64,000 nucleotides of DNA, taken from positions 7,502,001-7,566,000 of the forward strand of contig NC_047079.1 of NCBI RefSeq assembly GCF_902459465.1, written 5' to 3'. This DNA comes from Asterias rubens. Lineage: Eukaryota. Positions 1-14,200 of this stretch are shown here, piece after piece. Both the position numbers and the translations under genes were made by a program. Position 1 is the stretch's first letter; every line of letters begins with the position of its first letter. The notes under the pieces were generated by a model. The model searched no databases and was not told the origin of the DNA. It saw nothing but the letters and a program-made list of their open reading frames with translations.

Positions 1-3000
1 GTCAAATAGAAGAATAAAATGACGAGCACCCTACCCATGTGTTTAATGGGGCAATGGCCTACTGAAATCTTTGTTTGTTGTTATGAACACATTATTTTTT
101 ATGAAGATATCATTCAGATAATGGTGATCTTACTGGGGGGGGGGTTATAAAGAACCTTTTAGGGTGGTAATTATCAAAATAATTGTAAATGTTTCAAGCT
201 GACGAAGTCCGTCCCGCTATACAATACAAGTTTGCCAAAGAAGTAGCCCCCCCCCCCCCGCCCTATAGTTTACTAGACTGCGCCGGGGGGGGGGGGTAAT
301 AAATAAGGCTTGTTATTTGTATAGATAATGTTTATATTCTTATTATGTCGTCTTATAGAAAACTTCCCACAAGGGGAAGAGTGATTGGTCAGAAGTTTCG
401 CGGGCGCCGCCCAGAGCTTGACCTCTGTAAAAACAAGTCACAAGAGGGCGCCCCATTATGCGCCGTTAGAAAATCCACTACGGTACGGTGCTTTGATGAT
501 GATAGATCATGGATAGGGCTTTAGACTGAGGGTGTGGCAGGAGATTCTGTTCCCCCGGAGATTCGCCCCCCCCCCCCCCCCCCCATAATTGCGAATTATG
601 TACAAACAACTTCTGATAGCACCCTCTTTTTAATCCTCCTCCTCGGCCTACGTTAATGTTCTATGAGGGGACCGAATCTGCGGCGCCGACAGAATTCCCT
701 GGGACAGGGGCACTTCCGGCGCGCTTGACGCTTGTTGTTGTATCCAACTTTCAACACAGTTTATTTTTAAAAAAAAAGCAATTAAAAACTTACAAAGGGA
801 TATTTTGATGTTGTCTTCCTACCCACCCTAGCGGAAACCAATTCTCCCGGTTCTCTGGAGAAACTGTTTCTAGTGTGGTAGCACTACCCTCTTTTTATGA
901 CAGAAACTGACTGCTAACTTCAACTCTTGATCGCTGCAAAAAAAACAAAAAAAAGTCACAAGAGGGCGCCCTAATTATGGGCCGTTAGAAAATCCACCAA
1001 GTGCTAGCATGCTGTGATGATAGGTCGAGGGGTGTCAGTGGCGCGCGCTTGTACCAAACCTTTAACCATGGAGGTTCTACCTCCATGCTTCAACTTCACA
1101 GTTTCTTAAATTAAAAAACTTACAAAGGGATGTTTGCAGGTTGTCACCCTACCCACCTGAGCAGGAACAATCCTCCCGCGGCGCTGGAGAAAAATGTGTG
1201 GTAGATAGGCCACAGCTAGCAATACACCCTCTTATGATGAATAACTGACTGCTGAAATGTAGTGTTTTTATAATTATTAAAATCCGGAGACAATAAAAAG
1301 GCCGCACATTGTTAGGGGTTGCTCACTGGTACATAGTCATCTGCTGGCAGCTTTATTCAAAATCCAAAGAAAACCGATCCGCCTCTCTATAAAAATGGCT
1401 CCATGAGCCGGTCTCCTCACTGGCTTCATCCACCAAAATATTGGAATTGACTCTATCATTGTTTACCAATGTGCCAACTTTTAGAGACCAACACAGAATA
1501 AGGACGCAACACACAGACCGGCCCACCGTCTACAAACCCAGCTAAAATTCCATGAAGAGCTACAGATTGAAAATAAAATAGTTAGTAATTTATTTTGTAT
1601 AAAATGTGCACAACTAGTTTAAATACCAGGAATGAAGACGATATTGATACTAATTATTTAAAAGATAAAATAATCCCACTAACTAAGTTATGCCTTTTTA
1701 CATCCTTGCGTTTTGTATCAGTGCGACTACCGTTAAAGCACAATGGCGCCCTCTATCGGTTAACAAAGTCATTCAACAAAACTGTCTATCACCCCCGTAA
1801 CAAAAATGCCCATGGGTGCACAAAATTGTGTTTGTTAAGGTTTTTGTGGCCTTTATCTAAAAGCATTCATTTCGTACTCCAAAATAGAAGCAGCAATCTA
1901 TTCAGCTGATCTTAACATTAATTTTTGTGTAACTTGAACCATCACCGTAATCAAAATTTATTCAGTTTCTCCTAGTGTGGATTAAATAACTAATTTAAAA
2001 ACAGTGTAAGAATAGTTTTTATGTTTAATTCAATTATTGCTTATAACATAGGGCTACCCTCCTCCCGCCTGATATCCATCTTTCATTCTTCAAACGACGC
2101 CCATTGGATCCCATATCCTCTATTTTTACACGCAACTAGGTTTCCACTAGAATCATGTGATAATCTTCTACTACAAAAAAGAGTAAGTGGGGGAAGACAG
2201 GTTGTTACGTAGTTGATACAACAGATCATATAAATGTTTTATTTGGGTGGGGGGGGGGGGGGGCTGAGGTCTCCCGGATTGTTGTAGTATTGACTTAGTG
2301 TCTACTCGGGAGCAGATTATAGTGCGCGCCAATAACCATTGTGGCTCAGAACTGGTGAGCCGTACGACAAGTTCACTATCGGTTTATGATACTCATATAG
2401 ACCTAGAGACTTACTGAACCGTTAAACTCCTTTTGAATCTATGCAATATTGACGGCCAAGGGCACATCCAGACTCTACAATAAGCTCACGCTCTTGTTTT
2501 TTCTATAACATGGTTTTAAAAACTTGACAGTCAATATTGTGATCTGGTTTGGTAAAGATCTGCAATGCACAGATTGGTGATGAACACCAAAGGGGACCTT
2601 TCATCAGAACATCACGTTTTGCATAATGTTTTGGTCTGCATGCTTCTAAACATTAGAGATGGAAGGGATGGTTGATTATTTTACTCCAGTAAGCTAATTG
2701 ACAGAAGCTGTGATTTGAGGGATGTCTAACGACGAAAGAGAGGTTGAAGTTCCAGTGGTAGCAGAAGAGCAAGCAGAACGCCGCGCGGAGGAACATGATA
2801 GCTCTGCATTGGAAAGGTACGGGGTGATTGAGTGTGAAACTGACGGGATGACTAATATTGATGGTAGTTGCTATTCTCTGCAAATATCGTGGCATCTTCT
2901 AGTATTGCAAGTAACGTGTCTGTTTGTAATTGTGTTAGAAAAAAACTCCCAGGTGCCTTTACAGACTCTGGCTGCAAATTTTCTTACGGCATTTTTTAGG

Positions 3001-3109
3001 TCCGGTGATCATGCATGCGGTTCAATTTTTTTATTTCTACGTATTTCAAAATTTGACTTATTTCACGTCCTTTTTTTGAAAGAGGATGAACGAATTCAAG
3101 ATATATGAA

Positions 3110-3320
3110 AGCGAAGCTTTCAATGATGCCCAGGTATGAAGTGTGACGTCAGATGCTATATGCAGCACCAAGAATAATTCTAAGTGTACGCTTCTGAACC
3201 CGCTCTCAAGAACATCAACTTGTTTTGCAGTCAAACCAGCGTTCCATACTGGAACCATGGAGACTGGAACGGCGTACTCTAACAAGGACCTCACATGCCC
3301 CTTATAAATCTGTCAAAAGG
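3110..3320 (-). mobile_element. Decayed non-LTR retrotransposon (CR1/L2-like) ORF2 C-terminal fragment
   Basis: Minus-strand translation RSLLEYAVPV..WNAGLTAKQVDVLE resembles the post-RT 'LEYAxPVW...LERVQKRA' segment of CR1/L2-group LINEs and is frameshifted afterwards. Confidence 0.65.
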
Positions 3321-5259
3321 TCAGCTGTGGAGAGATTAAACACCAATTTGTTGTCTTCTTCTTTTTATGTATTTTTTTATATTTTTTTATAGTTGATTAT
3401 TGGATTAAGAAGGGCCCAAATAGGCACTTGTGCCCATTTTTTAATAAATAGTGTAACATAATAGCAGAGAAGGTAATTAAAAGTTGTTAGATAATGTTCT
3501 TATGGTGACCCTACGTTTTAGGTTATTGACATTCAAATAGCCATCAGTTCTAAAAAATTAAAAAAAAAATCCCTAGGCTTTTGAAGTATTAGGGTATTAA
3601 TGGAAAAAATTTGCCAATCCCGAAAAATGAACATTAGTCAGCCACCAACAAACACTATTGGTACAAATTGCCCATGGTGTTATGGCCTTGAAAATCACTT
3701 TCACGCTGTAAACGGTCTTTGAACTCAGGTGAAGGCAGTGGCCATGGATGCTCTGGTTGACCGCCAAAACCAAGGAGGAAATAAACATACAACAACCGAG
3801 AGCTATTCTTCGTCACATGATGATGTCATGAGACCAGGGTCACCTGATAATAAACCGATTGTATCGCGCGGTGCCGTGTTTGCTCGCGTAAATTTGGAAC
3901 TTGCGCGACAAAGCTAGAGCGCAGTATTTTGCTGACTTGCTTTCAGTAAAACCAATTTCTAGGTTGGTTCTTAATTAATTCATGTGACAATGCGCTAGAA
4001 AATGGACTGGAAAACAAATTCAAGTGAAATTTAGCCATCAGTAGCTTGCGCGCGCAAATGAAATATACGTATGCACTGCCAATTATCAACCTCGTTTGCA
4101 TGGTTAGTAAATCGTCGAACACATAGCGCTAGGAATAGCTTGGCAAATTAAAAACACCCTTGGAATCGAGCTTGTTTTAAGGTCACGTAAGGGTCACCAG
4201 TCAGTTGTCTCTAAAACTGAGCTAAGGGTCCCGTGCGTGATTTGACGATGACACAGGCGGTGTGTGGTGTCTGACAAAATTCATCCCTGAATTATTTGAC
4301 GTTCGTTGAGTTGATATGACAATGTAAAGAATTGATTTCTGTGACTGTTTCCGATAATAATGAGTAGCATAAACGAAGGTGAAAGCAAAGGAGGAAACAG
4401 TAAAAGGTAAGGGTTAATTTATGAATGCCAGCCTTCGGCCCCCTACTCGATCGACGTACCGTCGTACGGTCTTGCAGATTGGCCTTGGCCCTTGCCCTTG
4501 GTTTTACCTGTATCGTTATTCTTTTGGGTTTACAACTTTTTAAATGATATGAAATTGTTAAGCTGGCATGTTGTGTGTTGACTTTAGTTTGGGAGTTCAT
4601 GGTAGTTAAAACACGAATATTTACACCACACTTTTCCACTATTAACACACTTTGTCATTACTTAATTTTAAAAAAAACTACACTACAGACTGCAAACAAA
4701 AGTGTGGACTGAGTCAGCTTTCTTCAAGTTCAAAGTTTCATTCATTCAACAACACAGCCATTCGTGTAAATCAAGTTCGGAGCGATTTCATTTCTATTTC
4801 ATCATCATAATTATTTATTATTGAAAACAACACATGACGATTGATACAACTTGGACAAATATTAACCAGAATTAGAAAGAGCATCATTCTGAACATGAAT
4901 AAAAGTAATTAAACGCAGATTCAAACGACATGCAGCAGTCACTCCAGTTCAAGCTCTCTCGAAAGGTACACACAGGGCCAGGCCACTTTTTTCGCCCTAA
5001 ATTTAGCTTTGGTCACTTGAATAATTTGATAACTTCAATTTCCATTTTTATAAGCTTTCATCCCAGCATATGGAACCACAGTCAAGTAGGATTCACTTGG
5101 GATTAAGATTCTCGTTCATCTTTATCTGTTCATTGATTCTCTGACCAGAGGTACGTTCATTCCAACTACCTTCAACCTACATTCTCAAACAGCCGTAACA
5201 ATGTTCCTCTCCCCTTTTTCCATTTTAGGCTGACGCTGTGGTTAAAAAAAGAAACAGAC

Positions 5260-8200
5260 ATGCAACGAGCCGGCATGAATGAAAAATCACCGCTCCTAAG
5301 GTATCGATTGGACAGCCAAGATCACAGTGTCGAGGTACCGGACAATGATGGCAACCATGAAGTTCATGGCGCTGGATCTACCCGTCATCTAACGACATTC
5401 TTCGGCGTTTTTGTGCCATGTGTGCTGTCTATGTTCAGCGTAATCTTGTTTTTGAGAGTCGGTAAGTGGCATGTCTTAGTATTTTTTAGGAATAAAACAT
5501 CTGTCCCCTTATAAATGTTGGAGTATTAGTTTGGTAGTCAAAACATTTACAATTCTGATAGCAACAAGAATTAAGAAATATTACCAGTTGGTTTTTATTT
5601 TTTAGAGTGAACATTTTTTATTTTTTGTTTTTTATTTTTTTAAATTTCATTTACCCTTCACTATGTGTGATAAACACCTGTAGCTTACTCAGTCCGTCTT
5701 TGGCTGAAAAAAAAAATCCCAATACCTGGATGGGGTTCCATGGTTTGCCCTTTCAGTGACTAGCCAGCAGGACAAGGGCCTAACTTCATGGCTCTTCTTA
5801 TACTGTAAGCAAAGAAATCAGGGAATTCCACGCTTACATGAAAGCATATTTCACAGGTTAGCAGTGAATGTTTGATTTGACTTGCGTTCTCCATGTTCTT
5901 CGCTGACATAGCTAGCGCAGAAATTTGGCAACTGCCCTGTAAGCAAAGATTGGTGATCGTAAGCACAGAGTTTGACAGTAAGCAAAGCCATGAAATTGGG
6001 CGCAGCTGGCTTGTCATTTTGCTACTCCATCAGCTTTATAGTTCATAATTCCTATTAGCGAGACTTTAAAATAACAGCGAGACTTCAAGACTTCATAATA
6101 GCGAGACTTCAAAATTCTTATGTCTGTCTCTCTCAGGTTACGCTATCGGTGAGAGCGGCTTGTTACAGTCTCTGGGTATGTTTGCTTTGGGTTATTTCAT
6201 CGTCTTGCTCACTGTTCTCTCCATCTGTGCCATTTCCACCAATGGAGCCATCGAAGGAGGAGGAGCATACTGTATCCTTTAAGGCACTGAAGATTTCTCA
6301 GAATTTGTCTTGAATTCTCCTTAACAAGTCTTTATATGTTCTTGAGGAAGTAAAGCACTTCACCAAAGGGAGAAAGAAACAACACATAATTATTATCTGT
6401 GTCCAAACCTGTAGTTTTGTATTTCAGTGCACATACAGTGTAGTTTCCCAAAGGGATGTTTCTGTGAATTGCAACTCAGGTTCACTACACTACACTGTGT
6501 AGTGTAGAAAAAATGAGTTCCGACCCTTTGGGAAACTTTCAATAGTTTGCAAGAGGGAATTTCCTGTCATTGGAGTCGAGAACAGGGACCCAATTTTGTA
6601 GTGCTATTTTGGGCTAAGAATTCACATGCACCGATTCTGATTGGTATCCTGCTAATTGTTGCTAAGCACAGAACTTGTAAACAAAGTTGTCTGCAAGCAG
6701 CTGTATGTAATTGGGCCCAGATTGTGAACAATGACGCCTGTATCACATGATGATGTACACAATACCATGATCCTGATCGACCTTTGACCCAATCACCACT
6801 ACTGGTACAAAGATTAGAGATCAGAGTTTGTTCTCTGAGCTAGCCGCTACCAAAGTCTGTCCTACTTGAGATAATTTTTATCGATTGGTCATAAATTATC
6901 ATGTAAACAATTGTTCAACAGGTACCAGTCTGAAAATTTGGTATTTAGTTGTTAAGGATTAAGACAGAATGCAAGACCCTTTATGCAACCTGTATTTAAA
7001 AGACCTGTTTGATTCAGACATTGTAGGCCTATTGTTTGTTTTCAAGTGATTATTGTTGTCCATGAACTCAAAATTCACATTGTTATCTGGGGTCATAGGC
7101 TTATGTTGATAAAAACCTTAAAAAACAAATAAAATGAATATGACACACAATGGCTTCCAATCAAACCCACATTGACCCACTTTCTAACCCACATTGACCC
7201 ACTTTCTAACCTTTCATGCATTGCCAAACATTTCTTGCTGAAGTAAGATAAAAAAGGGAACAATTCAATTTAATGTAAAAATCTTCCTTGAAACTGTTTC
7301 CTTGTATTTTGAACAGCCATAGAAATATATCAGGGGAAAAACAATTTTTATGGAATTAATTTTACGTTCCAATTTATTGTAAATCCTGAAATAAGATACA
7401 TTTAAAAAAGGTCAACTGTGTTTTTGTTTTTTTAACACAGATTCTTTTCTTCAGTTATTGCCAGTATCTAAACCCGTCCCTAAAAATAAAAGTTCAGATG
7501 CATATTTTTTTGGTGGAAATTATTTCTTTGTAACGAAAATTGACCTTAATTTGAGTTCATCAGTTATGATCAGCAGAGCTTTAGGACCAGAATTCGGAGG
7601 AAGTATTGGAGTCATGTTCTTCATCGCTAACGTATTCTCCTCAGCGCTTTATTGCATCGGCTTTGTAGAGGCTATTATGGATAACTTTGGAATTGGAGGT
7701 AAGATTTTAGGTCAGAAGTTTCTGCAAAGCTAACTGGAAAAATAGTAATTATTAATTATAAATTGGGATGATGTCCTGATTTCTTAAGGATGTGGCTACC
7801 TGATTGTCAGACTGCATCAAGCTTGGATCTTAATTCAAGTGTCATGGCAACCCACAATCTGTTTGATTAGAATACCAGTCAACTAGAATCTGGTGCTCTA
7901 GACTGGTCATCATGGAGACTTCGAGTTTCAGATTATTTTGTCTGGTACCCTGTATTTGCTTCTAAACCAAAGACTTTGATTTACGTTGATTTTGTTTTCA
8001 CAGGAGCACTTCTCGTTGACAGACAGAGCGGACTTCCTATCGACCTTTGGTGGCCATTTTTGTACTCCTCTATCGTCCTCTTCTTCTGTCTCAGCGTCTG
8101 CCTCATCGGAGCCGGGATGTTTGCCCGTACCTCCTTCCTCATCTTCTTGGTTGTCATGGCAACACTCGTAACGGTGATTGTGAGTTTCTTCACCAAGCCA

Positions 8201-11200
8201 GCAGGGGATATGCCGATCCCGCACAACAATCCAATTCATAATGTGACGTCTAACGCTTCGTATACCGGCTTCAAATGGACTACGCTACAGAGCAATCTGT
8301 ACGGTGAGTATGCCAATACTTTAAGGATTTAAATGCGACACCACTAGTCTCGGTTTATAGATCTTATGGTACATGACGTCGTCAGAGTCGAGAGTAATGT
8401 ATTGAGAGAGTTGCGACAAAGAGGGACCAGTTTTCTTCGATGATGTGGTTGCTGGAGGCCATTTTGGAACCAGATGCTGCACAACCACATTGGCAGACTA
8501 GTATGGCACCTTGTATACGCCAATGTGTTTTTTGGACACAAAGTGACTTCTAATTGCAAGTTCCCATAACTCTCTCAATCTGGCTTTGGATATTGTTTGT
8601 GGAGGGTGCCAACTCAGATTACCATCTCATATAAACATTTCACTTTCTCTTTCAATTTCCGCAGAGGACAATATTCCTGACTATACGACAGGCAAGGATG
8701 TGAATTTCCTTGTAGTGTTCGCCGTGTTGTTCAATGGATGCACAGGAATCATGGCTGGAGCCAATATGTCGGGTCAGTAAAGCCGATTGTGCCCCTGATA
8801 GTTTTGAAAAAGTTAGGGTTAAGTTTTTTTTGTCCTGATTTTACAGATGCTTCTGTCATGTCTGTAGATGTTTGACCAGCTGGGAGGCCAATTTCATGAA
8901 GCCTGTAAACACAAATACTTGCTAAGCACAGAATAGTACTGCTGAGCAGAAACTCTTTACCAGCCAAAATTACATTAAGTTTGCATTGTTGTGGCTTATT
9001 TTTTGCTTAGCCCTTATGAAATTGGGCCCAGGTCTTACCCCTGGAGTGCGTTGTGGTGTTGCACGTCCATTCAGTCCAGGGTATTGGACTCAAGTTCTGA
9101 TCGCTTATTTATCAGAAAATGAGTTCATGTTTCTCAAATATATTAGGGTTGTTGTCTGTTCTTGTATGCTGCAGTTGACTGTCAGAGATGTAGTTAGTAC
9201 CTTGTTTGAGTGGATTTAGCTAAAATGGCTGGACGGTTTTTGCCATTTTTTCAACAAGTTGACACTCAGCTGGAACTTTAACTAGTGATTTTAATACATT
9301 ATTATCATAATTATGTTGACAAAAAAAATCAGCATTTTGTTGACAAAAAATCTGTTGAAATGTTTGTAGGTGAGTTGAAGAACCCAGGTAGATCGATTCC
9401 CAGGGGCACTCTAGGAGCTTGTCTCTTTACTGGATTGATTTACGCCTTAGTAGCGTTCCTCGTTAGCGCAACCTGCTCAAGGTAAGACTAAGATTCGCCC
9501 ATCTCTAGATTTTTCTTGTTGTTCTTGTTGTTTTGCTTTTTATGACAGTAGTTCATTCTGATTGAAATGTTTAAGGTATCGTAAAGAATTGGTAAGGATA
9601 AACAACATAATTGCTTAATTTCAATCTGAAAGCCTACTTAGTTTGAAGTTCCTACCACAACAAAATAATAATAATAATTTTCCTATACATATAAAAAAAG
9701 TCATATATTTGAGAAAACTAGGTGAAAACCCGACTAAAAAAAACGCAACAGCTGATTTTGGTTGTTACAACCGAAACTAAGTTTCCTTGCTTAAAATTCT
9801 GCATGGTGTTTCACTATTTTTTGGAAAGAAAGTTTGTTGGCTAAAGTTGTCATCTAAATTCCCCTTCTCAACTCTTGTTCATATTCAGAGAACTTCTGCA
9901 GAATTCTTACGGCTTTCTGCAGCAGATTAATATCTTTCCACCGGGTGTGGTTGTCGGAATCCTAGTAGTCTCTTTATCAGCCGCTCTTACAACTCTCATT
10001 GGAGCATCTCGAGTCCTCCAAGCCATCGCTAAGGATGCTGTATTCGGTAAGTTCCTTAAAGACACTGGACACTATTAGTAATTGTCAAAGACCAGTCTTC
10101 TCACTTGGTGTATCTCAAATTATGCATTTTGGGATATTTGTTGACAGCTGCTCAGCAAGAGGATTTGGTGTTAATAACAACTTCCTTTGAGTTGACTAAA
10201 ACATAATATTTACAGGTTCCATATGGTGGAACAACTGTGTAAAAGTTGGGGGTCGGCCTATCGGTATCTTTCCTTGCCTTCCACCTCTAGGACCCTGGTT
10301 CGAATCTTACCGGGGGCACTATGTGGATTGAGTTTTCAATCTCTACCTGACTGCCTGGGTTTCCCCCTGGATTAGTCCTCCCACATCTGAAACAAACATC
10401 TAAAACTGAAAAAAAAAAATTGCTGTGATAAATTTTGTTAATGATTACTGATTAGTATTTGACAGTATGATCAATTAAAAAAAAAATTACCAACTATTTT
10501 CTTTTCTGACGTTCTCGTTTTTCAAGGTGTTATTCTTCTGCCAGTACACAAAGGGATCACAAAGGATGGTAATCCCATTGTTGCAGTTCTTGTCTCTTGG
10601 TTTCTTGTCCAGGTATATACAACCAATGCAAATATTGTTTTTAACAAATTAATAGTGTGAACTTATTTTTATATAACTTGTATATTTGGTATTGCCGTAA
10701 CACCATGTATGTATCTACTTGCTTGGTAATTATGATTATAAACTCATCTGAAGATTACTTAAATAGTTACAAATATTTTGTGCTAATTTATCTTGCCAAA
10801 ACAGCTTGTTCTATTGATGGGATCATTGAACACCATCGCTCCCTTGGTCACCATTTTCTTCTTGCTGTCATACACGGCCACCAACTTGGCTTGTATGGCC
10901 ATGCATGTTGCATCAGCCCCGAACTTTAGGTAAAGTGGTTTGAGAAAAAATTGTATCTGATATTTTGACAAGTAAAAGTATAGTTATCTCTACTTAATTA
11001 GGTTTAGCATTAAGGGTTTATATACCCTTTATAGATAAAGTTTTTGGTCGTGGCATGAATCCCTACCCACTGTCAGGGCTCATTGTGAGGGAAGATGAAT
11101 GTAGAGCGTAAACTAGGTCATAAACAGGCTTTAAACTACTGTGAATGAAGATGTATGTACATCCAAACCTAGATCCTAAACCAGAGCAAACCTAGACCCT

Positions 11201-14200
11201 AAACCAGTTCTGAAAACAAACCCAACACTAGAACCATCGTTCCAAAAAGTTCCTTGATGTTGACTGTTTTGCTTCTTCTTGCCCATGCCACCTTCTCCAG
11301 GCCGTCCTTCACGTACTTCTCATGGCACACATCGCTTCTTGGGATCGTGTGTTGTCTGGTCATGATGTTCCTCATCAATCCACTCTGGGCATCCATCAGC
11401 ATCGTTGTCTTCATCCTCCTCTTTATCATCATCTCGTTCCGCATCAGTGAATCGGACTGGGGTTACATCACACAGGCGCTCATCTTTCATCAAGTGAGTG
11501 GATTTTTATATTAATTTTAGTTTGACCCTTACACCGATGAGTGTTAGCAGTGTATTGACCCCTTGTACGCACATCACACGCTCACCATTTTGAATAACCC
11601 ACGGTGACATTGACCAGGTTATTCTGATGATGACGTGTGGTGAATTGGGTCAATACTCGGTACTTTCATCAGTCGCTCTGTGAACAAAATCACAGGCATA
11701 TTACTTGTGTGGGATTGGAACCCACGACCTTTGCAGTTGTTCATGTCCAGTGTTCATGTTCAACTGTAGTGTCTTACCAACTAGTCCACTGAGATTGCCC
11801 GGTAGGTAGAGGCAGTCATCTGTGTCTTGAAATCAAATCGGTTTCTTAATCTGGAGGTCATTGGTTCTAGTCCTGTTGCAGTCAATTTTTCTTTGTTCAA
11901 ACCCAAACTATCTGAAATCAATCAAGTCATAAACAAAGGACCATGGTAAACAACTCAAATTTGTTGGGTTAAAATATTTCCTTTTTCTTGTCGGCAGGTT
12001 CGTAAATATTTACTACGTCTTGACGTCAGAAAAGATCACGTCAAGTTCTGGCGCCCTCAGATGCTCCTACTAGTTGCGAATCCTCGTTCGTGCTGTGAAC
12101 TCATCAGATTCGTCAACGACATGAAGAAGAGTGGATTGTATATTCTGGGTCACGTCAAACGAGGTCAGAAAAAGAATTAATTTATGAAATATTTTGCCAT
12201 TTTGTGAAGCCTAATTAACTTTAAAAATATAAATTGTTATGAAGTTAAATGTTTTTGTTATTTAAGAGTGCGTTGTCCATGTTTCATGCTATGATTCAAT
12301 GTATCTGGATATTTCAATATTGTTTGTTTTTACCCAATACTGTGGTGTGTATTAAGCCCTGTATACTCTTCTTACTTTTCTGAGCTCTGTGAAAAATCCA
12401 AAGGCATATCACTGGGTTGGGATTCAAACCCACGACCATTTTATTTCTGACTAACAAAACCACCAAGCTAGCCCAGTAGCTAGAGGCAGTTCAAATCCTA
12501 TGTGTTGACTGCGGGTTCTGCAATGATCTAATAGGTGTTAGTTTTGCATCAGGGATATAAGCTGTTATACAATTTTGATTTAAGTTACAAAAGCTGTTAA
12601 GAAATTGTTTACAAATTGTTTGAACATTATTGTGATTTTTATTGTTGATACCATTTTAAACATTTTTTGTAAGCTACTTGAAAAGTGTTCAGAAACTATT
12701 TAGAAACTGTTTTGAAACTATTTTGAAACTTTTTAAAGACTATTCAAAAACTTTGTTGAAACTAATTTGAAATTCGTCAAAAACGGTTTATAAACATTTC
12801 CAAAACTATTTTGAAACTGTTCAGAAACTAGGTTGAACACTAAAGAATCCCTTGCCACATACTTTAGCTAGTTTTAAAGCACAGCACTCAAATTGGAATT
12901 TTTAATAGGTGGGCCATGTGGTGCTTTTCCTGGCTGGTCCAGAATTTTAACCTTTTTCTTTTTTCTATATTGGCTTGTTGTAAAGATTTTGCGCTGTTGT
13001 CGTCTGTCCGTAGTTTTTATTTAAATTTGGCTGTTTTTCTATTTTAAATAATGCTCTTAATCATTTAGTATTTATAAATATATATTTTATATTTTAGAAT
13101 ACAATTTTAAAATTTTGATTTGTTTGTAGTTGCTGGGCACCTCTGAAAAACAGTGTTTCACTGAGAGGTTATATAAGAGGGTATATAAGAAATAAATAAA
13201 TAAACTATTTAGAATCTATATAGGATTTGAGGTATTGCATGGTGAGGTATCAATATATATTTGGTTTGCGGTAACACCATGTGTGTATCTACTTGCCATG
13301 TAGAGTTTGTTCTTAGAGAACTGTCTTTATTCTACTACTGCGGAGTAGATTTACCGGATGTTCGGGAGACTTTTCAGTTCTGAAAAGAACTGTCCTGCTT
13401 TTTAGAAGCTATTCAATATATATTCATAACCTGTACTTGTGAACTATTAACAATAACTCATCCTTACAACTTTTCTTCAAGGTGTTTTGGATGAGGGTTA
13501 CTCCGATCCTGTCCAGAAGGAATACCCAGCATGGATCGTCCTGGTAGAGAAACTTAAAGTGAAAGCATTTACTGAACTGACTCTCGCTCCAACGATTCGG
13601 GAAGGAGCTCAACATCTCATGAGGATTTCAGGACTTGGAGGTAAGGAGAAAGCTGAGTTTCTGTTAAGTAATAATTTTACGGAAAATTATTTTGAAAATA
13701 AAGGGAAATCTGATATTTTGTGGCGTGTCAAAAAGACAGAATAGTTTAACGCTTCCTCTAGTTAATAAATATTTGGTTTATTTTCTTGTAGGTATGAAAC
13801 CAAATACAATAATTCTAGGTTTCTACGACAGCTGCCCATCCAAAGATTCATTCGATAAATGCAAAGTGACGAATAACCATGGCAACATATACGGAACAGA
13901 AGATTCAGGCATTGAGGAAGAGAGAGGAGATCCGTTGAATGCCTTTGAGCCCGTCAGACAGTTCAATAGTCCAAACAGACTGTCCATCGAGGAATATGTT
14001 ATGATCATCAGCGACAGCATCCGATTAAGGAAGAACGTCTGCCTCATGCGTTACTTCAGTAAGTTTGACCGGGATGCCATCGCTGCTAGCAAGACCCCGG
14101 CGTTCATCAATGTCTGGCCCATCAACTTCTTCAAGCCGGAGACCAGCGGGTACCTGGATACTGCATGTATCTTCCTATTACAGCTTGCCTGCGTCCTCCA

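Noticed and set aside
430-1260. Duplicated blocks and poly-G/C runs at the window start
   Set aside because: Degenerate local duplication of repeat-derived sequence (about 436-500 versus 950-1020, and 785-918 versus 1113-1256) with no coding or RNA-structure evidence.
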